This document shows positions 15,001 to 25,492 of a DNA stretch of 64,000 bases, one piece after another. The DNA comes from Botryllus schlosseri (Eukaryota). The notes under the pieces were generated by a model. It was not told where the DNA came from. It searched no databases and saw nothing but the letters and a program-made list of their open reading frames with translations. Each line of letters starts with the position of its first letter. Within the stretch, counting starts at the first letter, position 1. Location: assembly GCA_051294905.1 (NCBI GenBank), contig CM119372.1, forward strand, positions 16,928,001-16,992,000. Direction: 5' to 3'. A program made the position numbers and the translations under genes.

Positions 15001-18000
15001 CATTGCAACATCTTTGATTGAAATTTATAGCATTTTAACTGCGGGCCACTCTTTACATGGTGCTGGCAGCATAAAAAATCAACACTAAACGAGCAATCGA
15101 GCATGCACCTTGACAATCTCGAAAATTTTACTTGCTCTGTTACAAAAGTTTGCTCGAAATATTCAGCTTTCCGTTTGTGAATATTTAGCGACTCTCTGCT
15201 CTGAGCTTGACCCGCAATCACACAACAAGAGCGCAATACACTACATGTGGTGAACGCAGGAGGCTGATTCAACCTAGGGTTACCATATTTTGGAAATCTG
15301 AAAAGAGGACACTTTTACAAAATTTTCAGACTTGCAATACCGGAAGAAAATCCTGAAAAAATGGTAAAGGTTTTACACTTCGTGGCCGAGTGACTAAAAA
15401 AAGGCCAACTTTCCGGCTCAGCTTCACCTACCCGCCGGAGCGTTACTTCAGTGCTGAATTACTCTATCTCAGTCGAATTTTGCCCTATATTTAACCAAAA
15501 ATCTCTAAACAGAAGACAAAATCTCAAAAAAGAGGACATTTAGGCGTCCTCCGAGGACACTTTCAAAAAAGTCAAAAAAGGGGACAAATCCTCTTAAAAG
15601 AGGACGTATGGTAACCCTAATTCAACCAATCAATGGAATTGATTTCGTTGTATGATGTGCAAAATCTAACATGTGTTCGGGGTCAATCTTGACTTCATAT
15701 GCTTATTGTATCATAAAAACAAAATCCGTGCGATTGGGGTGTTGGCTACTGCTGTATAACTTGTTATAGGGTAATATCGGTAGCAGGTAAAGAAACCCGT
15801 TTTACACTCTGCTCAATATCTACATCAACATCAACATCGCAATACTCAGACGCCGAATACATTGTCCGGTCTGGCCTAGACCGTTAATGCGTAAGGTTAT
15901 ATTCCCTTGCAAGTCCTTATCAAAATTGTAGGCAAAACGAAGGAAGATATTGATTTGATGAGATTATTATATCATATGATTGCCCCAGTTGATACAGTTG
16001 GCGACGTTTAGAACGTCAATATGTACTTCAGTATAGTGGCATTATGTGAATCGAGTCGTCGACGCTAGGCATCGTGTACCCGTACATCAATGTAGGCTAT
16101 CAGTTCAGAGAAATGTAGGGTTGGAATGAGCAATATGACGCCACGTGACGTCATGAGGTTCACGTTCGCGTTCACACAGAACCTTTCAAATAGGTTCGCG
16201 TTCACACGAACCTGAACCTTTCAGAGGTTCACACTATCCCTAGGAATTACTATAAAATCAATCCCCTTCAGACCGATAATTCTTCAATACGCTATTTTTA
16301 ACAGAACTTCATTCGAGTTGCTACCACAAAAGATCCTACACCGAAATTAATGGATTGATATTATAAACATTCCTATACGCTTTTAACATTATTGCAGGTT
16401 GAGTTGCTCAATGCCATTGCGTTTCCTTTTGACTTACCTAACAGATTGCGTCGTTCTGTCCCATTTTGAGATCATTACCGTACAAGCGCCGCATCCTCCT
16501 TCTCCACAACCAAGCTTGCTGCCAGTCAGTCGCACTGTTCGTACAAACGCAAAATGATAGAAAAGGGTGCGAAATACCGATAAGAAATCAGGTAGGCCTA
16601 CTTGTTCTTACGTTTGTTACGAATATAGGTCAGGAGAGTTGTCTCGGGGTCGGCATTGTCGTCTGTCACCTGTCATTCAAGGCAAAATATATCAGTCTTA
16701 CGCATGCAGCGCTTAATTGCCATCGTCTGGAAAGTTACCTACACGCACAACTGAAATTATTTCAAACAAGATTTTGCAAAGCCCATTGATTAGTTAGTCG
16801 GAGATATGAAATAGAAGTAACAACTTCTGAAATATTGCACAGGAAAAGCAAACCGTCCTTATTCGTTGACAACCAGCTATACTTTCATGTCCAAATTCGA
16901 ACAGCGTCTCCACTTTGGTAGTATTAGGAACCGGTATTTAAAATTCACGCAACAAATGTATCCAGGTATTGGTGAGATTCATTTTACGATTCACCTATGT
17001 CGCGCAAGATATGCATAAATTTTGTCTCGCAAATACACGAATAACAAAGATTCTGTATGTGTGTCAGCTAAACCTTCTGTCTTGTGATGCATGCATATAT
17101 ATTGTATATGTCCTACATCTCATGCACACAGCATACGTCCAGTAGGCCCACCGTTACCATATAAATGTAAATAAACATTGATGATAAAGCTTTTGGTGTC
17201 GGATAACAACAGAGACGTCACACGCTAGTTATGAATATAGTATAGAAGATCCTACATACTTGTCCTATGCGTCCATTGCCATGATGCATAAATAGACTGA
17301 TTTCTGAGGGACACACAGGTACTGCTTATGACGCATGTACGATAGCTATAGTGATGTTTTTATAAGTAGAGTCTTTGGTTTCATTATAAACCTTGCGAAC
17401 AATGAAACGAACGGATATCCAGTAATGGTGTTGGGTGATGACAACAATGTAACAATCTCATAGCGGATAGGATGGCATATAAACATTTAAACAAGTGATT
17501 TGTGGTACAGAACTTCAGAATAACGCGAAACAATAACTTCATATTGTTAATTTATTCGCTAAAAGCTTTTCGATTGACCCTCATCAGTAGCGAAACGTCA
17601 GTGATAGGGTGAATCAAATTCGAAATGTAAGAGCTGTTTTGTCCGTATGACGTAATAATAACAAAAACAAACAACTAGTAGACGGGCAAGATACGGTAAA
17701 TTAGAATAAATTAGATAAATTAGAATAACAATATAATAATAATAAATAATAAGAATAGATAAATAATAATAGATAAATTAGAATAACACAATGCGTGATT
17801 ATAATCAAGTTATGATTATGATCAAGTTACTGCTTGTAATTCGGCTATTGGACAGCATCTCTTATCCCATCCAGAATGTGCTGATCATTACAATGACAGT
17901 CAATTTTTCTATACTTGCTCGTGGCCGTTCTCCTTTTCATTTAAAGGTCCTGGAATCTACGGTCATAAAGCTACGAAAGCCGATTCTCTGTCGCCAGAAG

Positions 18001-19150
18001 GAACGCCTCTACACTCTTGGAATATTTCATTAATGTTATGTGTTGTGTTTTCGGTTATTAATAACAGAATATGTACTCGTTAACGTTTGTTTTGTACCGT
18101 TACTACCGTATCTTGCCCGTCTACTAGCTGTTTGTTTTTTGTTATTATTACGTCATACAGACAAAATAGTTCTTACATTTCGAATTTGATTCACCCTATC
18201 ACTGACGTTTCGCTACTGACGAGGGTCAATCGAAAAGCTTTTAGCGAATAAATTAACAATATGAAGCTATTGTTTCGCGTTATAAACGTTTAACAAACAT
18301 CATTTTTTTTACATAAGATCATTGTTATTGTGATGTCACATATGTTGTCAAAATTATAACTGAAGGCCGATGGCTGTCTCTTAAGTCTGAACCATAAGCG
18401 CAGTGAAGCTTTGAAGTTGTGATTCGTTTTACCGCCCTGGTCATATGACCGGGTATATCTATGCTTCGACCTTGTCTCAAATAAAGACATTGCGTCATTG
18501 TTGTCATGAGATCCATCAGACCTGCATAGCTACTCTACGTTAGGCGCAGTATGCGGCACCGGACGTGTGAAACGAATTGAAGTATTTCTATCACGAAAAT
18601 ACAAGCATACGGTGATATCGAAACCTCGCTTGCGTTCCAAATATACGATTATAGCTGTCCTTTGGTTCCTACCCTTTCTTCAAATTTCGTTAGATGAGTT
18701 CGGACACTGGATTCACCGATCAAAAGTGATATTATACGTATCGACTGTCTCGATGGGCCTATTCAAACCTTCGCTAACGTGATGCTTAGACAGATGAGCA
18801 TATGGAAGTACTGTCTGTGTACTAATAGACTCTTGATTATTATTCATACCTGGCCTGAGGCATGTACAATGTTATTGGCCGTGGCGCAAAAGGCCGTCAG
18901 GCGATAAGCGCCATTATTTATGTTTAATAAACAACAACAACAATGCCTGACCTGACCTTTTCGTCAGTAAATATATCCAATCCATCCATCCACCTGGCTA
19001 TCATCAACAAAACTTACTTAATGCAGAGTATAGCATGGTGGGACTTCGATGAAATAAGGCAACGACTAACGATACGATTTTATTGTGAGATTTCTTTGAA
19101 CATACCTTTCTTCCGTTGACAAAAAATGTTAGAGGAGCCCTTGCCGCCAT
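1..19150 (-). CDS. XDH: Xanthine dehydrogenase/oxidase-family gene, copy A (29 coding exons; last exon runs off the window start)
   Basis: Exons 5'->3': 19150-19106 ([15 protein letters not shown]), 16669-16612, 16534-16438 ([10 protein letters not shown]), 14701-14424 ([17 protein letters not shown]), 14335-14270, 14202-14135, 14057-13823 (IVVGNTEVG), 10820-10669 ([10 protein letters not shown]), 9109-8903 ([20 protein letters not shown]), 8599-8415 (RKDDDIA), 7626-7452, 7177-7091, 7020-6906, 6840-6671, 6613-6491, 6099-5996, 5938-5818 (GGQEHFYLE), 5749-5622 ([10 protein letters not shown]), 4330-4243, 4172-4045, 3985-3835 (AFRGFGSPQ), 3539-3385, 3259-3091 (HGGTEMGQG), 2760-2632, 2556-2429, 1949-1757, 1530-1342, 576-409 (AVGEPP), 39-<1 ([13 protein letters not shown]). 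Splice phases are consistent, introns are GT-AG except one GC-AG, and no in-frame stops were seen. The symbol marks family membership; orthology to XDH versus an XDH-derived paralog is not established. Confidence 0.93.
4456..5311. mobile_element. Non-autonomous hAT (Ac-like termini) element, family H1, in XDH-A intron 18
   Basis: TIRs TAGGGATGGTGTGAAC...GTTCACACCATCCCTA with subterminal (G)TGAAC repeats. The internal sequence matches copies at 14861, 40914 and 62177 in the opposite orientation. No TSD was recognisable. Confidence 0.85.
7697..8323. mobile_element. hAT-type MITE in XDH-A intron 10
   Basis: Termini CAGTGGTTCTTAcc...ggTTAAGAAgCtccG with a perfect 8-bp TSD GCGTATAA. Internal sequence is shared with 36890-37441 and partly with about 860-1030. 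Confidence 0.8.
10253..10591. mobile_element. hAT (Charlie-like) MITE
   Basis: TIRs TAGTGGTTCCCAAC...GTTGGGAACCACTG; TSD GTTTAAAA/GTTTAAGA (7/8). Confidence 0.8.
11083..11909. mobile_element. hAT-type MITE with GCAACTT subterminal repeats
   Basis: TIRs TAGGGAAAGTGTTT...AAAAACTTGCCCTA with a perfect TSD CTTATTAC (11075-11082 and 11910-11917). Confidence 0.82.
11963..13518 (-). mobile_element. Decayed hAT-Charlie DNA transposon
   Basis: TIRs CAGGGGTCGGCAACC...GGTTGCCGACCCTTG with GCGGGCC subterminal motifs and near-duplicated flanks (CGTTACG). It contains a transposase remnant. Confidence 0.85.
12200..12860 (-). pseudogene. hAT-Charlie (GTF2IRD2/EPM2AIP1-type) transposase remnant
   Basis: Minus-strand translations [40 protein letters not shown] and the dimerisation-domain segment [31 protein letters not shown], with stops and frameshifts. 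Confidence 0.8.
14861..16242. mobile_element. Family H1 hAT element in XDH-A intron 3, carrying a nested insertion
   Basis: TAGGGATGGTGTGAA...TTCACACTATCCCTA; TSD AGAATTAC/GGAATTAC (7/8). Confidence 0.87.
15275..15619. mobile_element. hAT MITE (GAGGAC subterminal repeats) nested in H1
   Basis: TIRs TAGGGTTACCATA...TATGGTAACCCTA with a perfect TSD ATTCAACC. A second copy lies at 32875-33270 in the reverse orientation. Confidence 0.88.
17555..17594 (-). ncRNA. Minimal type I hammerhead ribozyme motif (PLE pLTR)
   Basis: Minus strand reads UUCGCUA-CUGAUGA-GGGUCAAUC-GAAA-AGCU-UU-UAGCGAA: 7-bp helix I, canonical core, G-C closed loop II, palindromic AAGCUU in place of helix III. Confidence 0.78.
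18209..18248 (+). ncRNA. Minimal type I hammerhead ribozyme motif (PLE pLTR)
   Basis: UUCGCUA-CUGACGA-GGGUCAAUC-GAAA-AGCU-UU-UAGCGAA; predicted cleavage after 18241. Confidence 0.78.
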
Positions 19151-19567
19151 CGTACTTCGCAGTATGAACAACTGATATAAGGACGTCTAACCAACGGAAG
19201 TCTGAAAGAAATAGATCATAACCGCCTTTCATAGGTACTGTGCCGGTGTACCCATTTCCGCAATTATGATGAATACAGTCACGACGTTGGTTAGCTTGGC
19301 CTAATGCACACTGGAATATTCAGTTAAGATTCATGGAGGTTGGTTTAAGAGTTCGTCATTTTATGACGTCAGCCCACTGAGATACGCTCTTAGCTAACAT
19401 TCGCGGATGAGATAAACAGTGGGTTGTGGGTGTAACTACTGTAACGGAGTTATAGCATTCAATCGGCGGCGTTGATTACGTGTTCTTATTGTGACATGAT
19501 GAGGAGTATAAGCATGAGTATAAGCATTACGAATCGGGGCTATTGACTGTAATGATTCAAGTTCAGT

Positions 19568-19594
19568 AGAGAGAGAGAGAGAGAGAGAGAGAGA
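19568..19594. repeat. (AG)n microsatellite about 420 bp upstream of the XDH-A start codon
   Basis: Pure AG run. Confidence 0.9.
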
Positions 19595-20777
19595 AAGTGC
19601 AGATTTTCGAGAGCCGAAATTGTACTTCCTTTATGACCTGACCGTGACCCACACATATAGCACAGGCTACCCGCGTTCACGGCTCACAGAAATATCGTTT
19701 TAAAAAGATGGTGCGTTTCGTAAACCAATCAATGAGCTGTTCTTCTGCAAAAAGACTTTTTGATTCATTGCTTGCAACAAATCCTGAGAAGTAATATTTC
19801 AACGCAAGTTGGAGTCCAGGCAGATGTGCTCATGTTTTGCAAAGTACTTTTTTTGTTTGTTCATGAGTTGAGTCATCAGGAGCGTGAAACGAATTAAAGA
19901 CTATTTTCGTTACGTAAAATCCCAATTACGACGTGACAATCACTCAACTCATCGGAGATCGGTTCCATTGTAGTGGTCAGGTCACATGTGCTTATTCATC
20001 AGCTGATGAGCAGTTGGAGCGACTTCAAATCGCATAAGCTAGTATGTATTGTATATTGTATACGCCTCATTTAATACCTCTGAAAAGATCTGTGGCGGCA
20101 CACTATTGTACCACATTAAACAGTTTGGGAATCACTGGGTTATAGGATGCATGTAAAATTCGATAAATGGTGTCCGTAATTGAATATGCAATGCCACTGG
20201 TGCAATAGACATGTCGATGAAACAAACGCCGGAATATTTTCTGATTTAGCCAAACCATGTGGAGATCATTTACGAATACAGTCGGATCCGATTATTTCAG
20301 ACACCACATAAACCCGGACAACCACTTTATTCTGACTAAATGCTCGGTAACGGAACAATAGTATCAATTGCACGTAAAAAAACTCCCGTTAATTTGAACA
20401 ATTATTCACTTAATCTGGACACAGACTCGCAATTCCTATCGTTAGGCTATGTCACGATAAACAGTACATCTTTAATTTCCACACCTTATAAGTGATTATG
20501 GTGGAAGAGTGACGATCAATGCATTACCAATCGACAATATTAGGCCGTGCCAGCTATATCCGGCTCCGATACTTCTTAGAATATCGTCCATCTCAAGCAG
20601 ATGCAGATGAGTGTATCCACCGAACAATGCGACGTTGCTCTTTTTCTCCTATATTTTTGTCAGTGAAAACGAGAGTTATTTGCCCGCCGTTGACGCCCGT
20701 GACGTGAATATCGGATGGCCCGCGACGCAAGCACTATCCCTGTTCAATGTAATGCGACGATTATGATGCGTAATAGT

Positions 20778-21332
20778 TAGGGTTGCATTTAAAGCAAAAA
20801 TACACCTAAAATAAACATGTTTAAAGCATGACCCTTGTTTAAAACATGTTTTTGTTTTTTTAGTCATGACGTCATGAATCTTTAATTGGGACTTCACAGT
20901 GGATTTGCATTGACAAATGAAAATATAGGTCAATATGGCTATTTCGACGAAAAAGGCTTCCGATCACTGTCATAAACAGATCAAAAATATCTTTAACCAA
21001 GACTACATCGTTATGCAGCATTTTTGTGGCCGACTGTTTACATCCACAGAACACCCATTCCGTACCAATGATCTATATCTACACGCTGTAACTGCTGAAC
21101 CTACGACGATTTCGAGGGTTCCATACACCCCACATTGTATACGTCGACTATATCGGGTGCAAATCGTCCGTAGGCTCATACTACATATTTTTCAAAAGTA
21201 TTTTCACGATTATAGCATAATTAAAAACTAAAAAAAATGTTGTTTTAAAAAAAGATATTTGTTTAAAACACTGTTTAAAACATGTTTCATATAAAGTGTT
21301 TTAAAACACCGTTTATTTTAAATGCAACCCTA
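20778..21332. mobile_element. hAT MITE, TAGGGTTGCA family
   Basis: TIRs TAGGGTTGCATTTAAA...TTTAAATGCAACCCTA; TSD GTAATAGT/GTTATAGT. A related copy lies at 37918-38598, with partial ends at 30770 and 55074. Confidence 0.85.
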
Positions 21333-23397
21333 GTTATAGTTCTGGACAATGCGCAAGTATCACTTCTGCGCCGCAATTTCATTAAGGAATGCTTTTTTCG
21401 ATTGCTACTGTTATTGAAGATTGGATCGCACACGCTCAAAAGTTTATATAACGGAATGAAAAATTGTTACGAAAGGGATTGAATTGGGATTTTACGTGAA
21501 TAATTTAAAAACGTGCGAATATTAAAAGACAAGTGGGCGAAAAAAATCAGTTTGAAACCGTTCCGTAGAGCAAAAAAGGTTGCCGACCCTATTACATCTA
21601 TAAACTCTTTGCGCGACAATCAATTCTGTTAATGCAAGTTATTTGAGCTTTAAAAATTTCAGATATTTTCACTTCCTGATCTTGCTCTTTCATACTCGTT
21701 ATCACCTCGCCCTCGCTTTAACGTATGCGGCATCGTGCCACGCAACCCCTGAAGCAAGCATATCTTTGCTTTTTCTCGTAGAACGACTATTGGATGATAT
21801 TTGATCTCCTTTTCATGAATATATATAGCCTACGGGCTGTACAAGTACAGTGTACTTGGGTACTTAGGTCTACGCCATAGGCCCGTATGTCGACCTGTAC
21901 CCTTCGACTAGCGTTTGTCTGTCTTCCATTGATTCACAATCGTGCGAAAAGTTTGGGATCACCAGCTACACAGTCGAAAACAGTACTGGAAAGTCGAACT
22001 ACAGCCTGAATCAATGTCACCACGTAGAATGGAATACCGTTGACTAAAGTGCTGGTAAACGGCATGTTAATGGGAAGTTTCAAAGAAAGAAATGAGTAAT
22101 TTCGAAGGTGATCGTACATTGTGTAGGCCGATATTACCGGAAACGTAAAATAAATGACACGGTGTACACGATAATCAATATATTCGTCGCAATGAAAAGC
22201 GTTTGCGAAACCAGCTATATCATGGGTGGGCTTACCTGCTTCATGTGCGAGCCGCAACACAAAAATTGAAATATACGAATTTATCACGTCAAAATGAAAT
22301 GTAAGCCATCGAATGAAGTTTTTTTATGGTGTGGTGATACGGTACGTCTCCACTTGGGCTGCACTGCAAAGTGTTTTGAAATCAGGCTGGTATGACGTCG
22401 AAGCAGTGCGCAGCGCATGCAGCAGTTCCTTCAAGTGCTGATGAGAATCTAAGGGATATTTCAGCTCGGTAATCTCGACGACATTTTCTTGCCCAAACTC
22501 TGCAGTTATTGCCAGTATTTACAATACAAATGGAAATGATAGCCCGGAAATGATTGTGACATGCGCTGGCGAAATTCATTATCAAGATCAGTTTTGGGCA
22601 CAATGATTTTTCATTTATTGATGACCATAGAAACCAGCCATCCGTTGTTGCGGGTGAAACGTTTATGTGAACTCGATTGGTGAGTTCAATTGCAAGTTTC
22701 TAACCCGCTAGTGCTACCCTCCCCTAAATGCCACAATGTCACAATGTGACAAATGTCTTGCGTAAACCATAAGGAAAGATACAACACGAAAACATCACGC
22801 ATATTGTTGATACGCGATAAAATGCATCAATTTATAATCAGGTTAAACCTTCTAGCAAAATGGTGAAACGCATGTGCATGTGCATTGGGCAATCAATAAA
22901 GAGCCGCAGTTTGCCCACCACTGAGCTATATGGAATGGAGCCACAACGGAATGGAGCTACACTATGGCATGCTCCTCTCTATGCACTCGCACAGTGTGAC
23001 GTCATATTTTACTTATGTAACGTCATGTAATTTTTTAATTGATTCGCCTCACCCCATACAGCGCAAATATGGCATCTGTATAAGTGCAGTGTTTCTCAAC
23101 CTGTTTCTCAGGAAAGGCCTGGATAATTCCGCGAGCGCAGGGATTTTTGGTAAATTAATCGACACACCGCACGTTGAGAAATTGTCAACCTGGTATTTCC
23201 TCGTGTTTTTCAATTGTGGAAAGACGCTAGTCTCATTGTGACTTTGTTACATTTGGTGATTTGATATTCATAAAACCTTTAGGAACGACCATAGATCCTA
23301 ATTTGGAGGTTCGCGGGCATAGTTGAAAATCCACAAAAATGTCAAAATATCTTCCACTTTCGGATGATGATTCTTGAACATGTAATTTACAGACCTG

Positions 23398-23478
23398 CGG
23401 GGCTCGTGCACTTTCGGACCAAACTCAGTACAGCCTTACGGAGAAAATGTGTTTTGGTCCGAAAGTGCATGAGCCCCG
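23398..23478. repeat. Short hairpin element with CGGGGC termini
   Basis: CGGGGCTCGTGCACTTTCGGACCAAA ... TTTGGTCCGAAAGTGCATGAGCCCCG, a 26-bp arm with one G/A difference. Confidence 0.8.
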
Positions 23479-24433
23479 TTCTGGTCCGGTTTCGTTAAAT
23501 TCAGATTTGAGAATTAGGCTTCGGCCGTGATGCGTGATTTATAAAATACCACTTCTGAAATGTGAAATGAAAGTCACCTTAATAGCTGTCATATAAAATG
23601 CAAAGATACCTCAAATATGTGACTGGCGGTATTGAACTTAAATAGTGCTTTAAGAATTACATTCATTGCAGTCGAATTTATTACCTCGAAGACCTCAAGA
23701 GTTAACGGTACAATAAGAAGAAAGAGTTTCTATACAATCTTTAAATATTATATTAATATATACCGCTAATTGTATGTGTGTAACGTCTTCCGTGTATTGT
23801 ATAATTTGTTTTCTGTTGTCTCTTTGTTATGACTACCGGAGTACCGGTACAGCTGACTTTGGCCAACTAACGTTCCTTTTTATTATTGCATTGCACGTCA
23901 TATTTTGCTAATTTGGTTTTCGTTTGAATCTCTTTCCGTATGCTTCTTGTGCCGTTAACTCTTGATAAGGGGCATACGAAATGTCTTAAATTTAATATAT
24001 TATACTGCAATGAATGTAGTTTTGAAAGCAAAATTGGAGATACTTCAATGTTTCGCCACGTATATTTCAAACGCAAGAACAATGAAACACAGAGCACTAC
24101 AACTAATTATTCAGCATTCCAGACAATATTCGTTCTTCTGAAGTGTTCTGTGTTTTGGGCAAACCGGTTGGTAGGGAGTGTCACAGGCAAAATTTCTACT
24201 TCTACTTCTACTTCGGAATATTTTGCGAACTACTTACTTACTTCTCGCTACTTTCAGTTTGTCAAGAAGAAGTAGTTTAATCCCCCAATAAGAAAGATAG
24301 CCGAAGGAATTTCGGGGTTGTTTTCACGTAGTACCAACATTTAATATACATTTTAATATTATATTCATTGAACAGCTTCTTTGAGGTACAGAACTTCAAT
24401 ATACAATTGAATAGCATATTCATATTAAAATGA

Positions 24434-24467
24434 ACCCGAATATTTTCGGCTGACACTCGTCAGGGGT
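24434..24467 (-). ncRNA. Minimal type I hammerhead ribozyme motif
   Basis: Minus strand ACCC-CUGACGA-GUGUCAGCC-GAAA-AUAU-UC-GGGU, with palindromic AAUAUU and a UC cleavage site. Confidence 0.72.
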
Positions 24468-24543
24468 AATCGTCAGCAACTAGTAGAGAATTCGAAAGAA
24501 CAGCGTATATCAACATTGTATATTCATTGTAAAATATATTAAA

Positions 24544-24577
24544 ACCCGAAGCTTTTCGAGCTGACACTTTTCAAGGA
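24544..24577 (-). ncRNA. Minimal hammerhead motif with U3-A8 core variant
   Basis: Minus strand UCC-UUGAAAA-GUGUCAGCUC-GAAA-AGCU-UC-GGGU. Confidence 0.6.
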
Positions 24578-24720
24578 ATTTTTAGCGAATCTAAAAATTG
24601 GCCACTAGCTGCGCTCGCGGTTTGCCTGTATTTCATGTTGTTTGTTTCTATGACGCCATAATTGGTTGTAAGCAATGTAGCTAGATGCATGTTTTTGAAA
24701 TTCTCCATTTGCTGACGATT

Positions 24721-24755
24721 GCCCTTGAAAAGTGTCAGCTTAAAAAGCTTCGGGT
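24721..24755 (+). ncRNA. Degenerate hammerhead motif (G12 replaced by A, probably inactive)
   Basis: GCCC-UUGAAAA-GUGUCAGCUU-AAAA-AGCU-UC-GGGU; an inverted copy of 24544-24577. Confidence 0.45.
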
Positions 24756-25070
24756 TTTATTATATTTTACAATGAATATATTATTAAAATGTATACTGAA
24801 GTTCTGTACCCCAAAGAGTCTCGTTAAGAACATTTAATTTTCATAAAAGTCATGTAATACACTGAGTTTCCGTTGTGCTTCGCGTACAGTAGATATGGAG
24901 TGGAAAATATGTTTTAACGAAAGTATCGCTGAATATAATTTAGATAACGGGTTGCGTGGTTCGTTGACACCGCATTGTCACCTATACCAAATATTTCATC
25001 ACAGTAAGCATGGCCCCCATAACGTTAGAAACTACCGTTTCGCCATCTAGCAATTACCTATTATACCTAG

Positions 25071-25492
25071 CAGAGATGAGCATGGATTAGGATTAGGTTT
25101 TGAAAAAAACAGGATTTGTGAAATTTTGTCTGATTTGGATTGGATTTGGATTAGACATTTTTTTCAGAACAGATTAGGATTTGGATTGGATTTACATATT
25201 TTCTGGGAGATTGAAATGTCGTGTGGCGAATGGCGACAAAATTTATTCAGATCAGTTATTAATGTACTTATGGTTACTAGGTTATCTTGAATCAAGTGAA
25301 TCGTTGGTTGTGAAAGAAAATTTTCGAATCCCTCCATTGCATAAACTAGTATTTTTTCTGAATTTCCAGTTAGAATCGGATTAGGATTGGACATGGACTT
25401 GAATATGAAAGAGTCATGGATTAGGATTTGGATTTGAAGGTTCGGATTTGGATTGGATTAGGACATAGAAATTTCAAATCCGCTCATCTCTG
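25071..25492. mobile_element. hAT MITE with GGATT(A/T) subterminal repeats
   Basis: TIRs CAGAGATGAGC...GCTCATCTCTG with a perfect TSD ATACCTAG. Confidence 0.9.

Larger units (their letters stand above)
17491..18280 (+). mobile_element. Penelope-like retroelement remnant: inverted pseudo-LTR, 3' end of GIY-YIG endonuclease ORF, pseudo-LTR
   Basis: About 180-bp inverted repeat arms (17520-17698 and 18104-18283). The central + strand reads [22 protein letters not shown] / frameshift / [45 protein letters not shown] (17841-18033), resembling the PLE GIY-YIG C-terminus. Each arm has a hammerhead motif. The flanking 13-bp near-duplication is TATAAACATTTAA/TATAAACGTTTAA. Confidence 0.8.
24346..24828. 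mobile_element. Non-coding Penelope-like pLTR cluster with three hammerhead motifs
   Basis: Two minus-oriented partial repeats plus one plus-oriented repeat. It shares the tail TGAAGTTCTGTACC with the element at 17491 and is flanked by the 10-bp direct repeat AACATTTAAT (24336-24345 and 24829-24838). Confidence 0.68.

Noticed and set aside
19995..20015. Other CTGATGA/CTGACGA hits (about 20003, 22438, 37662, 39690, 43038) as hammerheads
   Set aside because: They lack a properly spaced GAAA and a complementary helix I.
21934..22287. 117-aa intergenic ORF as a possible third gene
   Set aside because: It has no recognisable domain and no supporting exon chain, and the start is a non-ATG call by the ORF track.
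25071..25492. Telomere-like GGATTA repeats
   Set aside because: They are irregular and bounded by TIRs and an 8-bp TSD, so they are MITE subterminal repeats.
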